A stretch of DNA of 64,000 nt from Lama guanicoe (Eukaryota): contig MU054187.1 in the NCBI GenBank assembly GCA_013239625.1, positions 1,057,587-1,121,586 of the forward strand. Direction: 5' to 3'. Shown here in pieces: positions 25,831-37,204 of this stretch. The translations under genes were made by a program, and so were the position numbers. The notes under the pieces were generated by a model. The model saw nothing but the letters and a program-made list of their open reading frames with translations, ran no database searches and had not been told where the DNA came from. Numbering within the stretch: position 1 is the stretch's first letter; every line of letters begins with the position of its first letter.

Positions 25831-26931
25831 AATTCTGAGAACTTTGAAAAGTGGTTTGCCCACAAATATTGATTTAATACATAAATTTACATAACACAAA
25901 TGTGAACGAAGTTTGCACATACTTTATATATTCTGCACATTCCTTATATTGTTTGCATATGTAATATATGAATATTTGTCCTAAATTGTATCAAATGTAC
26001 AGGAACTGGAGATTAGATACATGAAACATTACCTAACCACAGATGTATTAACAATCTGATGGCTGCAGACTTAAATTTAATCGTCTTGTCAAAGCAGGTG
26101 AATTTGCAAGGTGCTTTAGATATGCATGCTGGTGTTCAGCCCCACGGTGACATCAAAGAAGACTGTCAGACAGTCTTCAAGGCATCAAGTTTGCGAATAT
26201 GTCCTAGTCTGGAGCTGGTGCTCAGATCTTTAATCTCAGATACCCAATTCTATCAGCAAAGTAAGAGGGGTTGTGCTTTATAAATAAAGTTGGCCTACAG
26301 TAACCAGATTTGGGAGATGGTTGTATTAAAAGAGCAGATGGAAATGCTGAGGATTTCCAAAGGATCGAGAATACCTGCATGGCCGCACATTGGTGCGTTA
26401 ACAATGAGAGTCCACCGCTCTGTGTCTCCTGTCAGCAGACACATAATAATGAGTGAATGCATGAAGAGAGAAACACCAAGGAAGTGAATTAGATAATCAA
26501 ATGTCAGAATGGCTTCAGTGCACAGACTGAGAACAGTGCTGCTGTGGGATCCAGGTGCTCTAACCGTCTTGCCAGTGGCCAGTGGGACCGGAGTCACCAG
26601 TCATGTCCCTGGGAGGCCCTGCGTGTTAACTGTGGCCCCTCCAGGTCTGTGACCAAGCCCTCCCGGGCGACGCAGTCCTGGTGTGTGGAGATGGTTTCTA
26701 TCAGGCCACGTTATCGTGTACAGCCCTGACTTCTGGGCGTCACTGCTTCTCTTTCCTCAGATTTTGAATATTTAATAACTTAATAGTTTAACAGGATCAA
26801 AGCTAATCTCATTTTTATGTCTTAAGGATGAACTTCATTGTAGGTTCAAATGCTGAAAATGCATGCCAGGTGCTGGTGGTCCCCACACGCAGCACCACGG
26901 GGCCGGTTCCCCTCCCTAAGCCTGCACTGCA

Positions 26932-27161
26932 GCACAGGGGTTGGGGGCACAGGCTTGAGTCTGACTGCTGGGGTTCAAACCCGATCTAACACCTCTGCGC
27001 AAGGTAGGAGGCTTTCCATGACTCTGTCCTCCCGTTTGTGAGATGGGGCCAATGACGGTGCCTCACACAGGATGAGCATGACAGTGTGAGAAGGTAAAGT
27101 GAAAACACACGTAACGCGACTTGGATGGTGCCTGGCCCACACTGAGTGTGCAGTAACGTTA
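26932..27161 (+). mobile_element. MIR SINE, near full length
   Basis: B-box-like gggttcaaacccg, core tgtgagatgggg..aatga, tail gtgcctggcccacactgagtgtgcagtaacgtta. Confidence 0.7.
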
Positions 27162-27299
27162 CCACTTGCAGTGACTGCTCAGCATCACCAAGGAGGGCAG
27201 GACTATGACAGAACCCATGATGCCCCGCCTCACACTTAGAGCAAGTCCCTGCCTCCTTAGCCCCTGGAAGTGGCATCAGCCCAGGGTCCTAGGTGCCTG

Positions 27300-28230
27300 A
27301 CTCAGCTGTCCCGTGTGATGCGTCCCTCCTTCTTTCCCTTCCTCCTCTCGGTTGGGACGCTCCACCCCCTCCTCTTGGGTGACACCTAAATCCACCTCCC
27401 TCCCTCCCACCCCTCTGGTCCGAGTGCCCTCAGGCTTCCCCTGGTCACTCACTTCTCTTCCCGCTCTCCTGCCTGCTCCTTGGCCACTTCCGGCCCATCC
27501 CCACATCAGAGCCACTCCTGACTCTGTTTCACTGCCTGCAGCACCCTGGCCAGGTCTTCGCCTGCTGGTTCCTTAAAATCACCTTGATTCTAGTTCCCTG
27601 GACATGCCTCAGGGAGCTGCTCTGACCCTCCATCCCCATGGACTGGGGGAGCTTTGTGCTCAGGGAAATAAGTCAGAGAGAGAAAGACAGACACTTACCA
27701 TATCACCTATGTGCAGAATCTGAAAAATACAACAAATAAGCAAATGTAACACAAAACAGGCAGGCTTACAGATGAACCGGTGGTCAGCATTGGGGTGGGA
27801 GGGACAAAACGGGGGTAGGAGCGTCAGAGGGGTAAACCACTCTGTATGAAATCAGCTATGAGGATGTAATGGACAGCACAGGGAAGGTAACCAGTATTTT
27901 ATAGTAACTGTGAATGGAATGCAGTCTTCAAACTTGTGAGTCACTCTGTTTTATACCTGAAGCTTATATAATATTGTATAGTAACTATCAATTTAAAAAC
28001 AAGTGAAAATGCCTTGAAAAAATAAAGTAAAAATAAAATACTCCATCCTTAGGCAGGCTTGTCCACATCACCACATTCTCCTGTCTTCACGGCGTCATAA
28101 ATCTCATGGAGTGACTTACTATTTCCCTCTTACTGGTGTGTTAGAATATGGACCTCCTGCGATCCTGAGTGCCTAGGACAGTGTGAGCACATAGTAATTC
28201 TTCCATAAATGTTTTTAGAACAAACAAATG
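27300..28230 (+). mobile_element. L2 3' region interrupted by a younger L1
   Basis: Pyrimidine-rich L2 body at 27300-27635; L2 end (gtgcctaggacagtgtgagcacatagtaa...ataaatgttt) at 28170-28230. Confidence 0.55.
27636..28040 (+). mobile_element. 5'-truncated L1 3' end (cetartiodactyl/L1MA9-like 3' UTR) with A-rich tail and TSD
   Basis: gaaataagtcagagagagaaagacagac...acagcacagggaa...atacctgaagcttatataatattgta plus an A-rich tail. Identical 8-mer ctccatcc at 27628-27635 and 28041-28048. Confidence 0.88.
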
Positions 28231-28982
28231 TAAGAAGAACTAGAAAGTGATAAATATATTTGTAAAAATTTTGTAAGGCTTAGGTTTTAGGTTATTAGCC
28301 TTCAAATATTTACTAAACTATCCTGATTCAATAAACAATTAACTCTGCATACTGGCAGTGGTTTTCAAATAAAGGAATTGAACTGTGTTGCATATCTTAT
28401 GAAATATTATAAATAAAAGTAATTTGAGATACTGTGTTTTCTGTAACTAAAGAAAAGTCTTCTCCCACTAATTTCAGGAAGAAACTGATATTAAACATTG
28501 TGCTTTTATTGTTGTTTTAAACTGTTTTGAGAATAAAAGCAATTATAATTTTACATTAAAAAATCTAGAGGCAAGTAAATGAACAAATAAAAAGATGAAC
28601 AAATAAACTGAAGAAATAAAATGGCAATTTAATTTGGAGTCCAGTTTACTGAAACTGATTTGCTGAGCATTTTCTCTGGTTATGGTTTATCAAAAATAAC
28701 AGGTTCTAATTACATACAACCCTTAAGAAAAATGTATGACTCAATCATGTTTTTCTTTTAGTGCATTTTATAGCACACTGTAAAATCCTTTCTAAAAAGT
28801 TTGTCCTGGGAAATGCAGACATGTTCAGAATCATTGTAGAATGTCTGACTGTTGGGTTAATAGACTGTTGCACATTTTGCTCCATGTTCCCTGGTGGTTT
28901 AATTACACATGAGCTGAAATGCAGAAACTTGCTGTTTAACCAATGTGGGAAATAATTCCAGATGAGGGAGTGCATGAGAACA

Positions 28983-29010
28983 ACACACACACACACACAC
29001 ACACACACAC
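28983..29010. repeat. (AC)14 microsatellite
   Basis: Direct read of the sequence. Confidence 0.97.
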
Positions 29011-30599
29011 GCCCTGCCCGAGGTGCGGTTGTCCGTCTCAGATGCTTCAGCTAGAGGAACAGGTCTGTGGAGTCGTTTGTCTTATTACTTCTCAGCTTGA
29101 TAACCCCACATCATACTGGCTCTTTATTTTCTGGGATATTTTTTAACTCAGAAAAAACTTTCAGAAGTAAGGGAATGATACTATGTATAGTAACAGTATG
29201 ACAACTTGAACATCACTAATTGAATCTCTTCCTTTTATCCCCTCTGCTTTTTTCATTAGTTTGTCGTTTACATCTATGCTATAGCAATAAAAATGTTCTC
29301 AGACACAAAGGAGTGCAGACTTGAAGTAAAAACGTGTGAGTCCGTACTTCTATTTCCTTGTGCTTTGAAGTTCTAGTGAAGGATAAAGAGCCGCTGCTTT
29401 AGCTGCAGCGGTTAAGACAATAAGATATAAAGTGAAAGTATTCTGACTGCAGGCCTGTGTGTGTCCTGACAGGCAGCCCACCTCAGATGTGGACTCACAC
29501 TGTTGCGCCTGCCCGACCACCTAGTCACTAGTGGTCTTGAGCACCTGCTGACAATTTATTGGAAAATCCTTGAATGGAAAAAAAAACATAAAAGAAAATG
29601 TGGCACCCTTGAGTAGAAAACGCCCCTGGAAAGAACTGGACAATGAATTTGATCGTAACAGTGAATGCCTGCGATAAATACCACCAACCATTCCTTTTTC
29701 TTGCACCAGTGCTTTTTCATTGTCTTTTTTGAAGACCTGTAAACCACTCTGCTGTCAGCCGCATCCATCTTACTTCTGATTGTTCTGAATGTGCCCCTCC
29801 CCCAAAACGTTAGCGTTCTGCGCTCTGTACCCTTAGCATTGCTGCTTTCTCCCTCATTACTTTGCTTGTTATGTTTCCGTGCAAGCAATTTTAATGAAGT
29901 TTTACAAAGTAGAAAACATTCTTATTTTGCACATGTGTGGTTCTTCACCAGCTTATTTCCAAATCCAAACTAGTGCTATTCCTTTAAAAGTTGAGCTATT
30001 AATTTACACACCATTTAACTTCCAATTGTGTTCTGAACCTAATTTAACTTTAAATTTACCTTTAAGCCATTAAGAAAGTAAGATTAGTTGAAATGCATGC
30101 AGGCCATATGGTTGTCCCAGGTCTTTCCATTTCTGATGCAAAATTTTATTTCAAATGGGCTTGTTTACTTAGCTCAAGGTGAAATTAATCTGTTTCCTGA
30201 ACTACCTTCCGGTTCTTGAAATCTGTTAAACATTTTTGGTCTTCCCTTTAGCAATGCGTCATTTGTTTTCTTTTGACTTTTCAAAATTTATTTCCACCAT
30301 CTTAACTCATGTATTATCTTCGTTAGATGAAAGTGTGCCATTGACCAACCTTCTCTTTCTGTCCAAATTTGAGAATTCCCACCGTGATTTTGACGTCTTT
30401 GGCCTGATGTCTTCAGAATGCACAGGTGTTTGCTTGTTCCCAGTCTTTCCCAGGAGACCTTGAACCATGGTATGTGAGACCCGTCCTCTGTCTCCAGTAC
30501 TTGGGCACTGAGCCTGAGAGGGCTCGTCACAGGGCAGACTCTAATCAGTGGTTGCTGCGTGAATGACTGCAGGAATCTTTTAGATGAATCAGATATTCC

Positions 30600-30885
30600 C
30601 CAAAGATCCCACTAAGAGTTTCTAATCATCTTACTACATATTCTGTCCAAGCACACCCAAACATGTCAGACACAACAGAAATCAAACAAAATACCTAGGA
30701 AAACTTGTCAATAAATTTGAGGGTTCCATATGGAAAAAGCACTGAACTTTCCTGAAGGGCATAAAAGATGGGAAGGAATGGAGACCATCAATCATCTTCC
30801 GTGATAAACTGCCCACAGGGCAGAATTTCCAGTCTTCTCAAGTTACAGGAGTGATGCAATTCTAACTACAATCTCAGTGGGATTA
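30600..30885 (+). mobile_element. Very old L1 ORF2 fragment
   Basis: aatggagac...ccagtcttctcaagt...gatgcaattctaactacaatctcagtggga resembles the KW.D...LP...YRFNAIPIKIP region. Confidence 0.45.
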
Positions 30886-31674
30886 GTGGGTGTGGCTGGA
30901 GAGGGGTTCTGGAAGTTTTGCTTTACATTCGTCGAGAATTATTTTCAGGCAGGTTATCTACCTACAGTATCACCTCTAATTGTAGCTTTGCTTGCCACCT
31001 GGCTGGTACTTGCTTCTTTGCATCAGCATTGTGAACTACATCAGTTCTACATCAGCCACTTTCCTGAGTGAAAAATTGCCCCACTTTCTTGAGTGAAAAA
31101 TTGTTTCCAAGGTGTTTGGCATGAGAAATGCCTGAGGATACTCGTTATGGTCATCTTTCAGGCATGCCAAAATTCTCAGTGAGCATGGCCTGAACTTTGT
31201 AGAAGGAAGAATAATTCTTGGTTATTGATTGGGAATCCCCTGGAATATAAGACAGATTAACAGGAGAAAAAAATTTTAATTATGTACATATGCACCAGGA
31301 GACCCACAGAGATAAAAGGCAAACTCAAAACGCAGCCAGAAACATAACAAGCAAACTAGCGAGGGGAGAAAGCAGTGGTATTGATGATAAATGATGGTGT
31401 GCAACCTTGTCATTGCAGTTCTTGACAAAATACAAAGGCAAGCAAAAATCTTATCTTACCCACGGTTTAAAATTCAGTTATTCTCCAGATCATTGATAAC
31501 TGTCATGACTCCCTCATAAGTTTTATCCAGTGTTCTTTTTTCAGGACTAGATACTAGAGTGACAGAATTTATTTATAAAGGAAAATATATGGGAATTAAC
31601 TAAGTAAGTAAATAACTAAGAGGAAAGATGAAACAAGGTCTGGTCTAGCCATGCAATTGAAAATAAATTCAGCA

Positions 31675-31887
31675 ATGTGCTTGAGGTGACTTATGTCCTC
31701 TCATAAGAACCTATTTTGTGCATTTCTTCCCAAATCTGCATTCAGTGACTTCATGTTGACAGCTTGCAATGGGCCAGAGTGGGAGTATTTACATAACAAA
31801 AATCTTAAACTGATGCAAATCAGGGCTTTTCTTTTCCAGAGAGCTACTTGTTAAACACTTACCTCAACACTAACCAGCACACCAGTG
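31675..31887 (-). mobile_element. MER63-like hAT-Blackjack DNA transposon
   Basis: gtgggagtatttac...caaatcagggctttt...gagagctacttgttaaacacttac...ccagcacaccagtg matches the reverse complement of MER63A. Confidence 0.75.
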
Positions 31888-31889
31888 AA

Positions 31890-34072
31890 GGTAACTCTGT
31901 GACCCAGAGAGAAAGAGACAATCTGTGTAGAATTACATCTTTTAAAGAGATGGAATAACTAGTCAATAACCTTCCAAAGCAGAAGGCACCAGGCCCAGAT
32001 GGGCTCACAGGTGAGTTCTACCAACATTTGAGGAAGAAATTATGGTAATTCTTTACAGTCTTTTTCAGAGAATAGAAGTAGAGAATATACTTTCAAATTC
32101 ATTTTATTAGGCCAGAGTTACCCTAATACCAAAACTAGGAAAAGACATTATAAGAAAAGTAAACTACAGACCAATATCTCTTAAATATGTAGATGGCAAA
32201 TGCTAACAAAATATTAGTAAAGTGAATCCAACAATACGTATGAAAAATTATACATCATGAATAAATATAAATAAATAAATAAACATAAATAATCCCAGGT
32301 GTACAAAGCTGGTTCAGCTTTTTAAAATCAATTAATGTAATCCACCACAAAAAATAGGCTTAAAAAGAAAAAAAAATCACATAATTATGTTGATAGATGC
32401 AGAAAATATCTGACAAAATCTAATACCCATTTATGATAAAAATTCTCAGTAAACTAGGAAAAGAGATGGAAACTTCCTCAATTTGATGAAAAAGAACCTA
32501 CCAAACTCCTCCATATAGTAAACATCATATTTAATGCTGAGAAACTGGAAGTTTTCCCACTAAGATAAAGGTCAAAGTAAGGATACCTCCTTCTTTGGAA
32601 GCTCCTCCCCTCACCACTCCTTTTCAACATCATACTGGAAGTTCTAGCTAATGCAATAAGGCAAGAAATAAATGTACACAAATTGGAAAGGAAGACATAA
32701 AACTATCTATTCACAGATAACATGATTATCTATGTTGAAATTCCAAAAGAATACACATGCAGAAAAATCTCTAAACTAATAGTGATTAGAGTAGAGTTGC
32801 AAGATACAAGTTTAGCATACAAAAGTAAATTGATTTCCTGTATATCAGCAGTGAACAAGTGGAATTTGAATTTAAAACACAATGCTATTTATATTAGAAC
32901 CCTCAAATTTAAAAAATATGTATAAATCTAACAAAATATGTACAAGATTTATATAAGAAAAACACCAAACTCTGATGAATGAGGTCAAAGTGGAACTAAA
33001 TAAATGAAGAGATACTGATGTTAGATTTTTTCGGCATAATTATAGATTTAATGCAATCTCAGTCAAAATCTCGGTGCTATATTGTGGATGAAGACAAACT
33101 GATTCTAAAGCTTATATGGAGACGCAAAAGGCACAGAATGGCCAACAGCATGCTGATAGAGAAGAGCGAAGCTGAAGGACAGGCACTGTACAAGTCTGAG
33201 GCTTACTCTAAAGCCACAGTGATCAAGACAGTGTCATACAGGCAAAAGGACAGTCAAAGAGATCAGTGGAACAGAGCAGACAGCTGAGAACCAGATCCTC
33301 ACTAACATATTTGCCTATTTCACATAACAAAAACACCTTTATCACTGTAAAAACTTAAGAAATTCCAAGAGTTTTGGGAGCTGTGAGCCAGGAACCATGG
33401 ATGAAGACCAAATATATGTGAGAAATATATTTTGGTTATCTGAATTACCAAATGTATTTTTTCTTACAAATACAAAATTTCAAGCAGCCTTATTCATAAT
33501 TGCCACTCCAAGATATGTTTTCGTAGGTGAAGGCATAAATAAACTGTGGTACATCCAGACAGTGGAATAGTATCCAGCTGAAAGAAATGTGCCATTAAGC
33601 CAGGGAAGGACATGCATGGACTTCAAATACACATTACTAAGTGGAGGAAGCCCGTCTGTAGAGGCTGCAAACTGTGTGATTTGAACTATATGACCTTCTG
33701 GAAAAGACAAAACTACAGCGACAGATGAAAGATGAGCGGTGGCCAGTGGGTGGTGGAATAGGCAGGGCACAGAGGAACTTTAGGACAAGGAAAATCCTTG
33801 GTGTGAACCCAGAATGACTCATGCATGTCATTGTACATCAGTACAAACCCACAGAGTGTACACCAAGAGTGCACCATAATGTAGACTGTGGGCTCTGAGT
33901 GACTGTGATGTGTCAATGCAGGGTCCTCAGGGTCACAGAGGTGCCACTGGAGTGGGGGAGGTTGATACTGAAGGAAGTTATGTACGTTTAGGGACCAGGG
34001 GTACATATGAAACCTCTGTACCTTCCTCTCAGTTTTGTTGTGAACTTTAACCTAATCTAAAAAAATTGTCTT
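31890..34072 (+). mobile_element. L1MC1/2-like LINE-1: decayed ORF2 reverse-transcriptase region plus 3' UTR, with an internal deletion
   Basis: Decayed ORF2 motifs NLPKQKAPGPDGLTGEFYQ, NYRPIS, SPLLFNIILEVLANAIRQE, FTDNMIIY and KATVIKTV..WNR. L1MC-type 3' UTR gaaacctctgtaccttcctctcagttttgttgtgaac. Confidence 0.92.
33300..33482 (-). mobile_element. MER21-family LTR 5' fragment inside the L1
   Basis: aaattccaagagttttgggagctgtgagccaggaaccatggatgaagaccaaatatat matches the reverse complement of the MER21-type LTR start. Confidence 0.75.
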
Positions 34073-34443
34073 ATCTAAAGTAAGAATTCCATGATTATAA
34101 ACTTATTGTCCATAGAATATTTTCTGACAGGAAAAATACAATTAAAAATGCTATGCCAAATTATTCATTACTAAGAATTATGTGTTGAAACTATATTGAA
34201 AGTAAAACTTCAATGTAACATTAGTGGTACTCTCTGGGGAGTGGGACTGGAGCACATGTTCTTTGCTTTCTCTTCAGTGAGAATATATGGTTTCACAAGC
34301 AGAAAATCTACTTTCAAAGCCTCCACTGCATTTTCCCCCACCTGACTTCTTCCCCTGGTGCTCACAGTGAATCCCTGGTATGATTTTCTATGCTTTATTT
34401 CTTCCTGGCTACTTTCTTTTTTCTCTGCTTGGTGCAAAATTTC

Positions 34444-34947
34444 TGTCAAAGAAAAACCAGAGCTGGACAGTAGTTAAAGTGGCAAAGCAGACTTTAATCA
34501 TGAATGTTGCAGTAAGAGAAGAGAGATCTCAGTTTAGACCTGGGCTCAGTTCCGAATACTGCATGGACTATAAACACCCAAGGAGGGGTATGTGTGTGTG
34601 TGTGTGTGTGGGTGGGTGGGTGTGGGTGTTGAGGGGGGGAGTTGGAGGGTGGAAAATTACTGAGAGGAAACATCAGGGGTGGGGGGTTCTGGCTTAACTG
34701 ACTTGACAGGATTCTTGCTGAAGGCAGAGCAGGGTGATCAGACATCTCCTGAGGGATGGAGAGGGATGAAAACTAATCACCCGTAAAGGGTGACCAGAGG
34801 GCACAGAATCTCTCCAAAGTGGCTTAGCAGGGTTCATACTAAAACTGGACTCCATAGGACAGAGATAGAAGCCCAGCTTTGGACCTAGCTGAGCCGAGAG
34901 CTCAGAAAAGCCTGAATGGAGCTCGGTCAAGGAGAATGTCTATGTCG
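34444..34947 (-). mobile_element. ERV1 LTR (MER31/MER67-like), the 3' LTR of a proviral remnant
   Basis: Termini tgtcaaagaaaaa and ggtcaaggagaatgtctatgtcg match a MER31-type LTR in reverse. A polypurine tract (aagaagaggggc on the minus strand) lies directly adjacent at 34948-34959. Confidence 0.8.
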
Positions 34948-36287
34948 GCCCCTCTTCTTGCTGCTGGAAAGAAGAAATGCTCTTCTTCCACTTGAACAGC
35001 GTAACTCAATGTTCTCATTCGGCTGCTTTCTGTTCACTGAGGGCCAGCAGACCATCTGCTGGGACTTGGTAGCAGAGGATATTTGCAAGCAGTCAGGCAT
35101 TCAGTGAGGGCGATTTCTATGGAAACGAAAGAAAAACAAAGATAATGGTTGGAAACCCAGTTTCTGAACCCAGAGAGTAGCCAGTATAGACGTTGGGTGT
35201 CTGAACTGTCTGCAGACAGTGGAGTGAGGACTGGGGAAGCAGCCCGCTTCCCGGTCTGCAGGGCGGACACCCTGGGGATGGCACACGGCCCCGGATGACG
35301 GGCGCGGCTGCTGCTTGGAGCGGAGCTGAGGCTCACAGGGCTTCTCTGGAAAGTCCCAGTAAAAACCTGGGCACTCAGGTTCTAGTCCTCAGTGGCCGCA
35401 ATTAAGGAAGGTGAGCGAACACTGGAAACATCCCTTTGGAGAGTTGTAGCACTAGAAGAACTGGGAACCACAAGGATTCTCTATGGTTTTCCTCTCAAAC
35501 ATAACTTCTTCCACAGTTATCTGCCTTCTGACTCTGTTTACAAAATAAATCTGATCTATTAGATTTTACCTGAATATTTACAATAAGTGCAACAAAAATG
35601 GTAATTGACCACACAGTCTTTATTATTTTTTTGTCTGCTTTCCTAAAATTAAAAGAGATGTCTCAAGTCTAGAAAGCCAGGCCAAGAACTCACCACAGAT
35701 TACACTTGCAATATCTATTGACTGAAGTGAATTCCTTTCCCCTCTAGGTCCCCAAATATCTCAGGGTGCCCAGGCCTGCCAGGAAGTAACCTTCCACTCA
35801 CCTGTGAAGTTGGGAATCCTGTACACCAGTTACCAACCCACTTTGTCCAGAGAGCTTTGTAAGCATTGGCTCCGCAAAGTCAACTTGAGCTCCTTAGGGT
35901 TGGTTTATCACATCATTCTTGAGGAGGACCTTCCAGTCAAAGCCTGGGGCATATAATCAATGTTTCCAATTATGTCCTGTTACAAAGAGAACCGAGTCTT
36001 ATTTAGCTTATGCAAATAATTACATTGCCATGAAAATAAGAGCCCTTAAAAAGATTTTCCAAAGTCTGGAGGATTAGGCAGGGAGAACACAAATGTTTCC
36101 TCCTTGTTTACAATGGTGTATCTGTAAAATTGCTGTAAGTTATTAATAGCTGAAGAGAAAAAGAAAAGAATTTTCTTATATCCAGAGAATAGAACACTAA
36201 AGAACCATCAACGTTCCAAACAAAAAGCCACGATCCTCCTTTATCAGTTCACTTAGTCCTGTATAATTAATTCTTGCTCTGCTTGTT
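34948..36287 (-). mobile_element. Non-coding ERV1 internal sequence (MER4-group/MER31-int-like)
   Basis: Abuts the LTR through the polypurine tract. MER4-int-type motifs ccaggcctgccaggaagtaacctt, cttatgcaaataattacattgccatgaaaataaga and tcagttcacttagtcctgtataattaattcttg. No gag/pol/env frame seen. Confidence 0.7.
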
Positions 36288-36289
36288 GG

Positions 36290-36551
36290 GAAGGGTTTGG
36301 TGTAAGTTCCTCTCTGTATGTCTGGTGTAGTTCCCTCGTGAAGCCATCCAGTGCTGGGCTTTGGTTTTCAGGGAGTTTATTTTATTTATTACAGATTCTA
36401 CTTCACTTCTAGTGATCAGTCTGTTCAAATGATCTATTTCTGTTTTGGTGAACTATATGTTTCTAGAAGGCTGTCCATTTCTTCTGTGTTGTCCAGTTTG
36501 TTGGCATGTAATTGTTCATAGTATTCTCTTACGGTTTTTGTGTGTCTGCAG
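36290..36551 (-). mobile_element. Younger L1 ORF2 fragment
   Basis: ORF track 36434-36637 contains [28 protein letters not shown], an L1 ORF2 motif. Confidence 0.9.
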
Positions 36552-37024
36552 CAGCAGTTGGACCCACCATGGGAGCTGTGAGTCAGCCTATCCCCAGCCC
36601 AGATCCCTAGCCCTACCTCCTCGTGCGGAGCCCACAAAGCCAGCAGCAGGCCTTCCCCAGCTGCATACTTGTAATTGGCTCAGATCACCTGCAGGCACTG
36701 AGCTCACAAAGGCACCAGGGATGTAGACCCACCAAAGCCTGGTGGGACATGGTCAGATTTCAACCCCACCTCTGCTTGGGGGCCACCTGCAGGCACTTGT
36801 GTGCTCCCAGAACTACGCCTGCTGTAAGCAAGCCAGAACGGGGCTGCGGCGGTTGGGTCCTGCCCCTCCTGCCTGGGGGTTAGCAATGGGGCTTTTTGTC
36901 TCTTCCGTGTCTCTGCTCTTTTACTGCCTCCTCTTCTACTAAGCATTTTCAGTATGCTATTTTAATTTCTCTGTTTATATTTTACCACTTTATTTTGAAT
37001 TATTTCTTTATTGTTCATTTTTGG

Positions 37025-37204
37025 TAAAGTTGGCAGATTTTTTTTTTCCTGTAAAGAACCATTTGTAAATATTTTAGACTCTGTAGGCTGTATGTTCTTT
37101 GCTGCAACTCTGCTGTTGTACTTTGAGAACAGTCATCATCCATACGTGAATGAAGAAGCAGGTGGTGGGCCAGGTCTGCTCTGTTGGTTGAATCTTGTGC
37201 CCTC
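37025..37204 (+). mobile_element. MER58A-like DNA transposon
   Basis: ttggcagattttttt..ctgtaaagaaccatttgtaaatattttagactctgtaggctg...gcaggtggtgggccagg. Confidence 0.75.

Noticed and set aside
26098..26260. Possible coding exon VNLQGALDMHAG...QFYQQ ending at a GTAAGA donor
   Set aside because: Weak acceptor, no recognisable protein and no partner exons.
29556..29888. 110-aa minus-strand ORF
   Set aside because: Non-ATG start, no recognisable domain, no convincing splice sites.
31890..33290. Reverse-transcriptase-like motifs as a novel RT system
   Set aside because: Ordinary decayed L1 ORF2 with many stops and frameshifts.
8615..33482. Two MER21-type fragments (3' part at 8.6 kb, 5' part at 33.3 kb) as halves of one element
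   Set aside because: They are 24 kb apart and their flanks do not match (the left piece is not in L1 ORF2), so independent insertions are simpler.
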